Shown piece by piece: positions 53,372 through 64,000 of a DNA stretch of 64,000 nt; positions within the stretch are counted from its first letter, which is position 1, and each line of letters begins with the position of its first letter. Source of the stretch: Heptranchias perlo. Taxonomy: Eukaryota. The translations under genes were made by a program, and so were the position numbers. The notes under the pieces were generated by a model that was given only the letters and a program-made list of their open reading frames with translations, ran no database searches and was not told the origin of the DNA. The stretch lies in NCBI RefSeq assembly GCF_035084215.1, contig NC_090332.1, positions 25,854,001-25,918,000 of the forward strand, written 5' to 3'.

Positions 53372-53745
53372 GTATCAGCTGTGGCTCAGTGGTAGCACAC
53401 TCGCTTCTGAGTGAGCAAGTTGTTGGTTCAAATCCATGCTAGAGACTCGAGTACATAATTTAGGCTGATATTTCAGGGCAGTTCTGAGGTGGACATAAAT
53501 GATCCCATGGCACTATTCAAAGATTAAGCGAGTTCTGGCCAATCTCTCAACCAACATTACTGAAACAAATTATCTGGTCATTTCTTCCATTGCTGTTTGT
53601 GGGACCTTGCTGTGTGCTAATTGGCTGCCGTGTTACCCTATATTTCAACAGTACTACACTTCAAAAGCACTTCATTGACTGTAAAGCGTTTAGGACATCT
53701 TGAGGTCATGAGGGGTACCATATAAATGCAAGTTCTTTCTTTCTT
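53372..53745 (+). mobile_element. tRNA-derived Deu-type SINE
   Basis: tggctcagtggtagcac...ggttcaaatcc head; ttgctgtttgtgggaccttgctgtg body; tatataaatgcaag-type tail. Confidence 0.85.
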
Positions 53746-54412
53746 CAAAATCCGCAGAGAATAAAAAGATTTTCAACTAATTATTTTGAATTGGATTCAA
53801 ACCCAAATTTTGGGTTGAAAGGATAGTTTTCCAACACATTGCTCCACAGAAAAGGAAGATAGTACGTGTCACAAGATGTAAAGATTAATTGGAAGTGTAC
53901 CATTTATGAAATTATCCAAATTCTTTAAGCACTTCAAAACTGTATAAAACAATTGAGTATTTTTTCTCCAGGTACTATTAGAACAAAACAGGTTTTGAAT
54001 CCAATGGATATTTGCTTATATGAAGACCCTTTAAAGATTGGTTTATTATAGACCCACGCCCTCAAGGCAAAGCAACTAGCTTAACTGAAACTCTCAAACT
54101 GGAAAACAAACCCAAATGCAAAATGATTAAAAGACACACTATGTTCATATATTACATTTCTGTAAAGTACATCAGCCACAGTTGAAGCACAATCTTTCAG
54201 CATTATTTATCTTCCATATGAGTGGTGTTATCAAGAATTCTCTATTCAACACGCATAATAGGGAACAATCGATTTTTAAAAATCCTCAGTTACAAAGTCA
54301 GAGGTTTTGGACAACTGAAATACACAAAAACATGTGTAGCAATTATAATATTTTTAAATAAAACCTAATTGGTGTTTTTGCTACTTTTAGTGAAACATTC
54401 ACAAAAAAAACA

Positions 54413-54424
54413 TTTATTTTTATT
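54413..54424 (-). terminator. Tandem polyadenylation signal AATAAAAATAAA
   Basis: Minus-strand aataaaaataaa followed by GU/U-rich tgttttttttgtg. Confidence 0.5.
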
Positions 54425-55829
54425 GCTATAGTTAGATGGACATATAACCAAAACACACTAAAAGACGACAACAGATGGGTTTTATGGATCACCCAGTTTT
54501 TTAAAAAAAACAAGTACAAAATGAATTGTGTTAACAGCTCGCCCAAATTAAGGCATGCTGTAAAAAAAAAGAAAAATTAATTTTCTATACAAAATTTACA
54601 AAGTGACCCTTCCAGTACTCTTGAAAATTACAATTGTAGATGGTACCTTTCTAACACAGCAGTTTAAACTTCTCAAGACTTCATAAACGACATTTATTTT
54701 CCTTCACCAGATAAAATCACTGGTTCTCAAATTTAAAAATTTGATGAGACCCTAGGTTGGTTGCTGGGGTCCTTCATCTGGAAGCTGTTCCCAGGTGCAC
54801 AAACAGAACTTGGTGGGCATGTAGGGAGTGGAAACTCCCTGTATTTCTTACAGCTATGTGATCAGGAAATGCATTTGTCTCAGCAAAAGTTGGACTGCAT
54901 GAGATACATGTTCTTAGAGTTGCCTTAGTTAATTTTTATTGAATCATGTCACTATTCCAAATAATGGCAATTTTACAATCCTCACTAGTTACACATACTA
55001 TAAAAGCAGCTGAATACAACTCAGTTTTTAATCAATTTACAATGTCGAATTAAAGCAGAACATAGAAGCAACAGGCTTGAATTTACGTAACTTGAATAGT
55101 TAATTTATATAAATTAATTCTTTGCCAAACGTAGACTAGCCTGAATGTGTAGGTTTAGGAGATTTAAAATGTATATCTTGCTTGTCAGAAAAATGAAAGA
55201 CCTGCTGCCTAGAATAGTTATCGAGGATATAGGATATCTGTCATGATCCACTTTTTCACTTTAACCAAAGGCGCAACTTAATGACCAAAAGCAGGTAATT
55301 TATCCAGTGTGCTGGAGCATTGCTGAACTCTTCCAAGTCTTGTATCATTGCCCTGGCGGGGGTGGGGTGGGGAGGAAATCTGACTCTGCAATTCATGAAG
55401 ACCACAATGCTGTTTCTTCTATTATTCCAATTCCAATACAGATAGCAGTTTGAGATATAATATCTCATTGCTAAAGATACACTTTTCATTGAATCCAGAA
55501 TAAATGCTGAAACTAGAGAACTCTATAGGCCTGCACTAATAGTCTATAAATATGCAGATTTTGACAGACATAACACCACTTGAGGATGTGGGGCTAGAAG
55601 AGATTACCCACATTATCAGGAGTGCAATGATAATGCCAAGACTTTATCAATACTTTTATGCGAAGCAGTTCCTCGATTTTATAGCTACAAACTAGAGCAC
55701 AATTCACACTAGCCAAATGTCACTTTACAATGGTCAACTCACATCTTAAAGCTTCTAATGAACATGCCCAGCTTCTGCCAGTGCACCCTGGGAATTCAAA
55801 TACTGTCTAAGTTCTGACTATGAAGCATA

Positions 55830-56240
55830 TAGCTCCCCAGATAGTTCAAATGAACTTACTCCATGAGCCATACCAACTAGGAAGATCCCAGATTTGATTC
55901 TTGGTCTGTAATGAGTTAGTTGCTCTAAGCCAGGGTGGCAGTAATAAGGGCAATTTAATTAGCCCGAGCCTCCTCTGGGCTAAAGAACTAGGGGAGGGTA
56001 GAGGAGAAAATAAATCAGCCAGCATTTTTAAAATGTTATCCAATGATCTTTGCCAGAAGTGGCCATGTGTGGACATCAGGCAATATCTCAACTGTTATGC
56101 TGCTTCATGTCAAATTGCCTTCCAAACTCGCCGTAGCTTCATAGAGGAATAACAGCTATTTAAACAAAGTACCAGAGGATGATCTCTGCCCATGGAACTA
56201 TAATTCAACAGGGAGTCAACATCTCTAGAAGGAAAAGGGA
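55830..56240 (+). mobile_element. LF-SINE-like element, near full length, antisense within the putative 3' UTR
   Basis: tgagccatac...ggaagatcccag...gagttagttgctctaagccaggg...aatcagccag...tgtggacatc...ccatggaact...ggagtcaac. Confidence 0.75.
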
Positions 56241-57149
56241 GAAAATTGGTGAAAAATATTACAAGATCTTTTGGCTATAAATAGACCAAATTCCCACCAT
56301 TAGAAGAATCTTCACTGTAGGAGAAAGCCCCTGAGGACACTTAATAAAATAAATACACAACTTCTAATCCAACATGAGATACTTTTGTAATTGTCCTTTG
56401 TTGAATTATGAAGTAACATGCACCAGATGAGTGTGACCTGATATATTTATTTACCCTAAATCTGGTTGTTTTACATTTTTTCACCATCTTGAGCTAAAAA
56501 GGAACTCAACATGTGTATCCTATAATTCTATGCAAATAATTGTAAAAGTACAGAGGCAAAGTTTTCAAACCAGTAAAGTACAAAAAGGTCAAGTCTCAGT
56601 ATAGACAATTAAAGCCTACCCAGCAATTCAAACTAGATAAAGAATAGGTTCACAGTTGCCATATTTTATATGCAGTATTTTCTTCTGAAGGGATTTTTTT
56701 CCTAATTCTTACAAGTGTTCAAAAGCTATTGAATAACTATATTTTACAGATTTACTGAGATTGAAAACTAAAGTTCAGCTGGTAAAAATACATGTATTTT
56801 CCTCAAAGCTGTACTGTGGTCAGAAGTTATAGGCTTGCAAATCAAAAAGTACTTAAGTAAACACATTATCTTCATAACAATATCTGACATGCCAATGACC
56901 ACAAGTCCACCACAACCTTTGTGATAGATCATGTATTTGGAAACTTAAATAGTACAATTTTTTTGTACTTAATAGTTCTTATTGTTCCATCCTGAAGGCA
57001 GAATGCAAGTATTGTAAAGCTGTAAATGTGGGGAAAAAACCTTTAAATTGGTCAACTTAATGTCAAGTATTGGTGAATGCTCACAAGTAAAAACAACGGC
57101 CTCTTAAATTCACATTGCAAGAACCATACGGCGACAAGCCTTGCAACTC

Positions 57150-57178
57150 TTAATCAGATGCACACACAGTGCCCGCTC
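57150..57178 (-). CDS. Candidate terminal coding exon (G)AGTVCASD*; frame inferred
   Basis: Strong acceptor ggttctttttttttaag|GAGCGGG; phase compatible with the exon at 58178-58262; followed by UTR-like sequence. Confidence 0.5.
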
Positions 57179-57324
57179 CTTAAAAAAAAAGAACCAAGAT
57201 AAAGTGTAACAATTTTTTCTGCCATTTTGCTTATTTATCATCGGCATTCAATATATGAAAAAGATATATATCATTTATATGATTTTATTTATGTATATAT
57301 AATGTATGTATAAACACACACACA

Positions 57325-57485
57325 AAGAATTTGTATTTGAAAAACACCTTTAAATGTAGGAAAAATGTCTGAAGGCTTTTCACAAAAGAGCAATCAGACA
57401 AAAATGGACACTGAAGCCAAAGGAGGAGATATTAGAGGGGCTTGGTCAAAGAGGTGCATTTTAAAAGGAGGGTCTTAAAAGGAGA
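57325..57485 (-). mobile_element. L2-type 3' end fragment
   Basis: Homologous to the tail region at 26808-26930. Confidence 0.6.
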
Positions 57486-57754
57486 TTTTATATCACACAT
57501 ACACAGATAAAACAACAGATATTAAAGCTGATCAGAATTTGGTTGCCCTTGTTAAATCTTCTATCAATAATGCAAACTTTACAGTGAAATGGAAAAAAAT
57601 ATAATCCACACTACAAGACTGACTGGAAATCCCTTGAAATAACACTTGACGGGCCTCAAACTTTCCGCATAAACATGTGGATTATGTTGTGCCATCAAGA
57701 AAGTCTCAATGCAGCAAATTAGCTGATTGGATTTTACTTACCAAATAAAACAGC

Positions 57755-58017
57755 ATTCAGAAGTGCGAAGAATAGTGTAGATCCAGAGGACTGGGAGAGT
57801 TATAAAGGACAGCAAAGCAAGACAAAAAAAGAGCTGCAAAAAGGGACTACGAAAAGAAACTTGCGAGGTACATCAAGATTAACACAAAAGGTTTTTACAA
57901 TTATATTAGAAGAAAAAAAAAAGTGGTCAAGGGTAATGTGGGCCCTTTAAAAACAGAATCAGGTAATATTGCAAATGAAAACAAGGAAATGGCAGACTTG
58001 TTGAATAATTACTTTCC
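57755..58017 (+). mobile_element. CR1 ORF2 internal fragment
   Basis: YEKKLARYIKINTKGFYNYIR and VGPLKTESG...EMADLLNNYF, the linker upstream of CR1 RT. Confidence 0.8.
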
Positions 58018-58177
58018 TAATATAGTACAGCACAGTGTATTTGTTGCCATCCATTTCACCTTAATATGCAGTGAAAACATTTACATTTCCTGCACAAAAG
58101 GTGTACACTGCAATCATTAAATGATTATACTGAAACCAAATATCTAAGATCAAGGTAAATTTTTATCTTCCAATTAC

Positions 58178-58262
58178 CTTTAGTAATTCCAATCGCGTAA
58201 TCTTCAAAGCTGCTTGGTGTTTTGCCATAAACTAATGGGTGTTTCTCACATTCTTTTCTTAC
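58178..58262 (-). CDS. Candidate penultimate exon VRKECEKHPLVYGKTPSSFEDYAIGITK(G); gene unidentified
   Basis: Donor AAG|gtaatt; branch-like ctgac and aag acceptor upstream (weak pyrimidine tract); one frame open throughout; 5' boundary uncertain. Confidence 0.45.
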
Positions 58263-59225
58263 CTTGTTTTGTTATAAATAAGTCAGAACAGGTTCTTGCA
58301 GCATGTTCTATTGTTTAAGAATAAACATTATAGAATTTCTTATGAAATACTCTCACCCAGAAGTTGAAAAAAAAAAATCAGAAATTCACTGCTCCAATCA
58401 TCTTGAATTAGTGCGCAGAAAATATCTTGTAAGTGGCTTTTACACAAAGTAATTTGTAACTCCCAGCTTTCTACCCTTTACATGAAGAATAGTTTCTTAA
58501 GGCTTCTGGAGTAAACTGAGTCACAGAGTGAAATGAGACAAAAAGGACAGACGGGCCAATGGCAGCTTGGACTACTATTGAGTGCGTTGCAACCGAAAGT
58601 AATAAAAGGCATTTGAAAAGCAGCTTACTTTAAGAATTTAGTGCAATAGGACTGTACCTCTGAATGACAGGATATGGACTTTTGTCCACTATTTCCCCGC
58701 ATGAGTTCCCAATTTCAGTTATGCTTCATTGAGAGCTGAGAAGCAGGGGTCGCAGGCTGATGAGAATTTCCACCATGGATAACAGCTGCATATCCTGAGC
58801 TGGTGAACTGAACCTCACGTTATTCCAGCCTGGTTTTACATTAGTTTAAAGGTAGTTTAAATCCATGGCTATGCTGAGGCACAGATAAGCAAAATACATA
58901 GGGCCTTCATTTCTCGGTACAAACATGTGCTTGACCAACTCAAAAACAAATTTAATATGCAATAAGGCTGACATAGCATTGGTATAATGAAAACTTAATT
59001 TGTTCAATATTTACAAGTGTAACAGATAGAATCACATTTTTCTTCCCCTTGATCACTGGGGTTTTAAAATTGTGTGACATTTTCATGCAAGTCCACTTGC
59101 ACTCGTATTCTTCGCGAGCATTTCAGTAAAGCATAATAGTGCGATCAGGTTATAGATTTTGTTCTTCGAAATAAGGGTTTTGTCCACATTTTGAGCGACA
59201 GACAGTCGACTCATTTTAATTCAAA

Positions 59226-61794
59226 ACCCATCTGGTTCACTAATGTCCTTTAGGGAAGGAAACCTGCCGTCCTTACCCGGTCTGGCCGATATGTGACTCC
59301 AGACCCACAGCAATGTGGTTGATTCTTAATTGCCCTCTGAAATGGCCTAGCAAGCCACTCAGTTGTAAAATCTCGCTACGAAAAGTCACAATAAGAATAA
59401 AACCGGACGGACCACCCGGCATCGGACCACTAGGCACCGGACACGACAACGGCAAACCAAGCCCAGTCGACCCTGCAAAGTCCTCCTCACTAACATCTGG
59501 GGACTTCTGCCAAAATTGGGATAGTATTGGTAGCAGTGACCACCGCACAGTCCTCGTGGAGATGAAGTCCCGTCTTCGCACGGAGGACACCATCCAACGT
59601 GTTGTGTGGCACTACCACCGTGCTAAATGGGATAGATTCAGAACAGATCGAGCAGCTCAAAACTGGGCATCCATGAGGCGCTGTGGGCCATCAGCAGCAG
59701 CAGAATTGTATTCCAGCACAATCTGTAACCTCATGGCCTGGCATATTCCTCACTCTACCATTACCAACAAGCCAGGGGATCAACCCTGGTTCAATGAGGA
59801 GTGTAGAGGAGCATGCCAGGAGCAGCACCAGGCGTACCTAAAAATGAGGTGCCAACCTGGTGAAGCAACAACTCAGGACTACATGCATGCTAAACAGCGG
59901 AAGCAACATGCTATAGACAGAGCTAAGCGATTCCACAACCAACGAATCAGATCAAAGCTCTGCAGTCCTGCCACATCCAGTCGTGAATGGTGGTGGACAA
60001 TGAAACAACTAACGGGAGGAGGAGGCTCTGCAAACATCCCCATCCTCAATGATGGCGGAGTCCAGCACGTGAGTGCAAAAGACAAGGCTGAAGTGTTTGC
60101 AACCATCTTCAGCCAGAAGTGCCGAGTGGATGATCCATCTCGGCCTCCTCCCGATATCCCCACCATCACAGAAGCCAGTCTTCGGCCAATTCGATTCACT
60201 CCACGTGATATCAAGAAACGGCTGAGTGCACTGGATACAGCAAAGGCTACGGGCCCAGACAACATCCTGGCTGTAGTGCTGAAGACCTGTGCTCCAGAAC
60301 TAGCTGCGCCTCTAGCCAAGCTGTTCCAGTACAGGTACACACTGGCATCTACCCGACAATGTGGAAAATTGCCCAGGTATGCCGTCCACAAAAAACAGGA
60401 CAAATCCAATCCGGCCAATTACCGCCCCATCAGTCTACTCTCAATCATCAGCAAAGTGATGAAGGTGTCGTCGACAGTGCTATCAAGCGGCACTTACTCA
60501 TCAATAACCTGCTCACCGATGCTCAGTTTGGGTTCCGCCAGGACCACTCGGCTCCAGACCTCATTGCAGCCTTGGTCCATACATGGACAAAAGAGCTGAA
60601 TTCCAGAGGTGAGGTGAGAGCGACTGCCCTTGACATCAAGGCAGCATTTGACCGAGTGTGGCACCAAGAAGCCCTAGTAAAATTGAAGTCAATGGGAATC
60701 AGGGGGAAAACTCTCCAGTGGCTGGAGTCAAACCGAGCACAAAGGAAGATGGTAGTGGTTGTTGGAGGCCAATCATCTCAGCCCCTGAGCATTGCTGCAG
60801 GAGTCCCTCAGGGCAGTGTCCTAGGCCCAACTATCTTCAGCTGCTTCATCAGTGACCTTCCCTCCATCATAAGGCCAGAAATGGGGATGTTCGCTCATGA
60901 TTGCACAGTGTTCAGTTCCATTCGCAACCCCTCAAATAATGAAGCAGTCCGAGCCCGCGTGCAGCAAGACCTGGACAACATCCAGGCTTGGGCTCATAAG
61001 TGGCAAGTAACATTCGTGCCAGATAAGTGCCAGGCAATGACCATCTCCAACGAGAGAGAGTCTAACCTCCTCCCCTTGACATTCAACGTCATTACCATTG
61101 CCGAATCCCCCACCATCAACATCCTGGGGGTCACCATTGACCAGAAACTTAACTGGACCAGCCATATAAATACTGTGGCTACGAGAGCAGGTCAGAGGCT
61201 GGGTATTCTGCGGTGAGTGAATCACCTCCTGACTCCCCAAAGCCTTTCCACCATCTACAAGGCACAAGTCAGGAGTGTGATGGAATACTCTCCACTTGCT
61301 TGGATGAGTGCAGCTCCAACAACATTCAAGAAACTCGATACCATCCAGGACAAAGCAGCCCACTTGATTGGCACCCCATCCATCACCCAAAACATTCACT
61401 CCCTTCACCACTGGCGCACAGTGGCTGCAGTGTGTACCATCCACAGGATGCACTGCAGCAACTCGCCAAGGCTTCTTCAACAGCACCTCCCAAACCCGCG
61501 ACCTCTACCACCTAGAAGGACAAGAGCAGCAGGCACATGGGAACAACACCACCTGCACGTTCCCCTCCAAGTCACACACCATCCCGACTTGGAAATATAT
61601 CGCCGTTCCTTCATCGTCGCTGGGTCAAAATCCTGGAACTCCCTTCCTAACAGCACTGTGGGAGAACAGTCACTACACGGGCTGCAGCGGTTCAAGGAGG
61701 CGGCTCACCACCACCTTCTCAAGGGCAATTAGGGATGGGCAATAAATGCCGGCCTTGCCAGCGACGCCCACATCCCATGGACGAATTTTTAAAA
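59226..61794 (+). mobile_element. CR1/L2-group LINE with 5' UTR, deleted endonuclease and frameshifted RT
   Basis: 8-bp TSD AATTCAAA at 59218-59225 and 61795-61802; ORFs 59313, 60359 and 61217 carry RT motifs; AATAAA and A-tail. Confidence 0.95.
59478..61732 (+). pseudogene. LINE endonuclease/reverse transcriptase pseudogene
   Basis: [34 protein letters not shown]; catalytic FADD mutated to FAHD; frameshifts and a stop at 61214-61216. Confidence 0.92.
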
Positions 61795-62350
61795 AATTCA
61801 AACTGCTTAATTCAAATTAACTGATAACTTGAATTCTTCTTTTGTATGACAGCTTGAAAAGGAACATTAAATGTCAATATCCAAGTTAATCATCCATTCC
61901 ATGGCCTCTGGGGATATAGAGTGAATATAAGCTATTATTCCAGGGAAGCAACTTAGCAAGACATGGTTCACAAGATGCTCCATGATTTGGATCGCCTCGC
62001 CAGAGTCACACATCAAGCCAGCCTTTCTCTTCCATTGGGAGAGGAAAATGGCAACCTTCCCTTGGTTCTCTCTGATAAGAGCTCCAGCATGAATAATGCC
62101 ATCAAAAAGGCGACCGAACGGCAATCAACAGTATCCCGGCCCAAAAAGCAGCACATAACTTGAATTGAAATCATACAAAAAAACCACTTCCTATTGAAAA
62201 TGTTTTGCTTAATTCAAATATCTTAATTCAAATTCAATCTGGTTCAAGCAGGCCGTAGTGGTTAACCTTCCTGGACTGTCTGGCCTCATCTTACTGGAAA
62301 AAGCAAATTAATTCACCAAATAATTTGAAACTAACATTGTTCCTACTTCG

Positions 62351-62643
62351 TGGATCAGCTACTTCAAAAGCCATTGTGCAATCAAGTCCAGGTCCATACA
62401 AGGGCAATTGACGTTTCCAAAGATTGATAACTGAGTAACTTTTATCTTGTTATAAGCCCGAAGATAACTTTAATGCTGATGAAACCACCATTTCTGACAA
62501 GATGCACCCAAGCAGAATGCTAGCCTTCATCAACAAAAAATACTGAGGTGGGAAAAATGCTCAGCAGTGTATTTTCAGCATGGTTTGACATAATGGATGA
62601 ATTTGCTGTTGGCAGGAAGCAAACCACAATCACTGAATATTTA
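62351..62643 (+). pseudogene. pogo/Tigger (CENP-B-like DDE_1) transposase remnant
   Basis: WISYFKSHCAIK (HTH end), YKPEDNFNADET...KMHPSRMLAF...GGK at 62451-62560, and a PIP-box-like KQTTITEYL. Confidence 0.8.
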
Positions 62644-62694
62644 GAGGAATGACTGAACTTTGTGCTGTGTAGCTTGTACAGTGCTCAAGCTTCA

Positions 62695-63400
62695 ATCAAT
62701 AACTCAAATTTATATGGTGCCTTTAAATGAATAAAAACATCCCTGCATAGCTGATAATTAGGAATGAATGCTGAGCAAAGAAAGGCATTAGGAAATGGGG
62801 TGGGAAGCTTGGCCAAATGGATTGGTTTCAAGAACATTTTTAACGGTGGGTAGAGAGGTGAAGAGGTTTGAGGAGTGAGCTCCAAAGAGCGGAACCAATG
62901 CAATTGAAGGCTCTACTACGAATGGTGGGATGAAGGGAGGGAAGGATGAATAGAAGGCCAGAATCGGAAGAGTAGAGTGTTCAGGAAGGGTTATAGAGTT
63001 AGATGAGCTTACAGTAATAGAATGGGGCAAATCTGGAGAGATTGCTGGACAAGGACAAGTATTTTAGACACACTGAACAGAGCGTCGGCAAGGACGGGAC
63101 CAATGGATGAACGAGTAGTGCTGGACTGGTCACGAGCGGTGGAGTTTGACAAGTTAAGAGTTTACGACCGCAGTGGGTGGTGGTGTGGGGGGGGGGGGGC
63201 GGGAGGGAGGAGGATTGGAGTAATCGGCTTAGAAATTAGAGTGCATCCAGAAACAGGTGCGCAGGGTGCAAATTTCTAGGCCATCGAGTTTGGAAATGAC
63301 AAAAACATATATAATGGTTTCAGCAGCAGAGGGGCTAAGGTAAGGACGGTGGCAGCCAAAGATGCTGAGGTAAAAGCATGCAATCCTGGTGACGAACAGG
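62695..63400 (-). mobile_element. Old L2-type LINE 3' portion
   Basis: Tail aaatttatatggtgcctttaa; reverse strand RPYLSPSAAETIIYVFVISKLD (L2 ORF2). Confidence 0.8.
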
Positions 63401-64000
63401 GTCATATGCATTTCAACATGTGCTTTTGATATATTAAATTGATTTTAATGTTCCTGAAGTGTTTTGCTGTGCCATTTCATTAATATTGCTCAATTCAAAC
63501 GATTGGATAATTCAATTTTTTTTGAGCAAAGCAACTTCAAATTTACAACTGATTGGAATATTAAAGATGAAGTACAAGTAGTTACAGTTCTGTCCATTTG
63601 TGGGAGTAATTTGAGGTCATGAATTAAGAGTATTATATAAAAAGTGTATTGGCTTAACTACAATTTTTGATAATGCATTTTTGTACCAGTACGCTAAATA
63701 AGATCTGTTACAACATTGCTGACTAATAAAGAATCCCAAGTCTCCAATTCTACAAGCACCTATATACTACGAATGAAACTGGAGACCCAATTCAACAATA
63801 TGTCCAGCCTATACTCAGTATATATACACTAGTATAACTACTAACCAGACTTCTTCCTTGAACAGCAAATGCTTCTTCTGTGAGATTAATAGTTCCTTTG
63901 ATTAATAATATTTCATTCTACCTTTGACAATTAAGACTTTGCACATTACGGACTCGTGAACAGTTACAATAACAATCGGCATTCAAATATCCTTATTCTT

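Larger units (their letters stand above)
54390..57149 (-). other. Probable 3' UTR (~2.8 kb) of an unidentified minus-strand gene
   Basis: AT-rich, mostly repeat-poor sequence after the stop at 57150; UGUA-rich distal part; ends at tandem poly(A) signals. Confidence 0.5.
59203..63551 (+). mobile_element. pogo/Tigger-like DNA transposon fossil interrupted by a LINE and an L2; right end approximate
   Basis: Left end cagtcgactc...taattcaaa continues after the LINE at 61795; recurring taattcaaa motifs at both ends; transposase remnants at 62351-62643. Confidence 0.6.

Noticed and set aside
57085-57178. 94-nt internal non-coding exon (donor CTT|gtgagc), or a CaaX ending SGHCVCI*
   Set aside because: Downstream sequence looks like a 3' UTR, and neither candidate upstream exon has the phase needed for the CaaX frame; not excluded without RNA data
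59879-61486. Antisense and alternative-frame ORFs over LINEs
   Set aside because: Shadow ORFs of the RT coding sequence, recurring in each copy

Overview
Repeat-rich vertebrate genomic DNA. The repeat families (CR1/L2-group LINEs, Deu-type and LF-SINE-like SINEs, Harbinger elements) suggest a shark or other chondrichthyan, which is an inference. About 19.4 kb (13852-33242) is repeated almost exactly at 33443-52833 across a 200-N gap. This is most likely an unmerged contig overlap, so everything inside it appears twice at offset +19591. Host-gene content is sparse and on the minus strand: the probable last two exons and ~2.8 kb 3'UTR of an unidentified gene (58262-54390) and an isolated ATG-bearing exon (7426-7350). 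The main elements are: a 3250-bp Harbinger transposon with both ends, a TAG target duplication, a 3-exon Myb/SANT gene and a transposase lacking its catalytic core; a second, nested Harbinger family; several Harbinger-type MITEs; a pogo/Tigger fossil split by a LINE that lacks its endonuclease; a perfect 23-bp hairpin in an old SINE; and candidate conserved enhancers. I found no CRISPR array, rRNA or true tRNA gene, and no system I can confidently call new. Repeat boundaries without a stated TSD are approximate.
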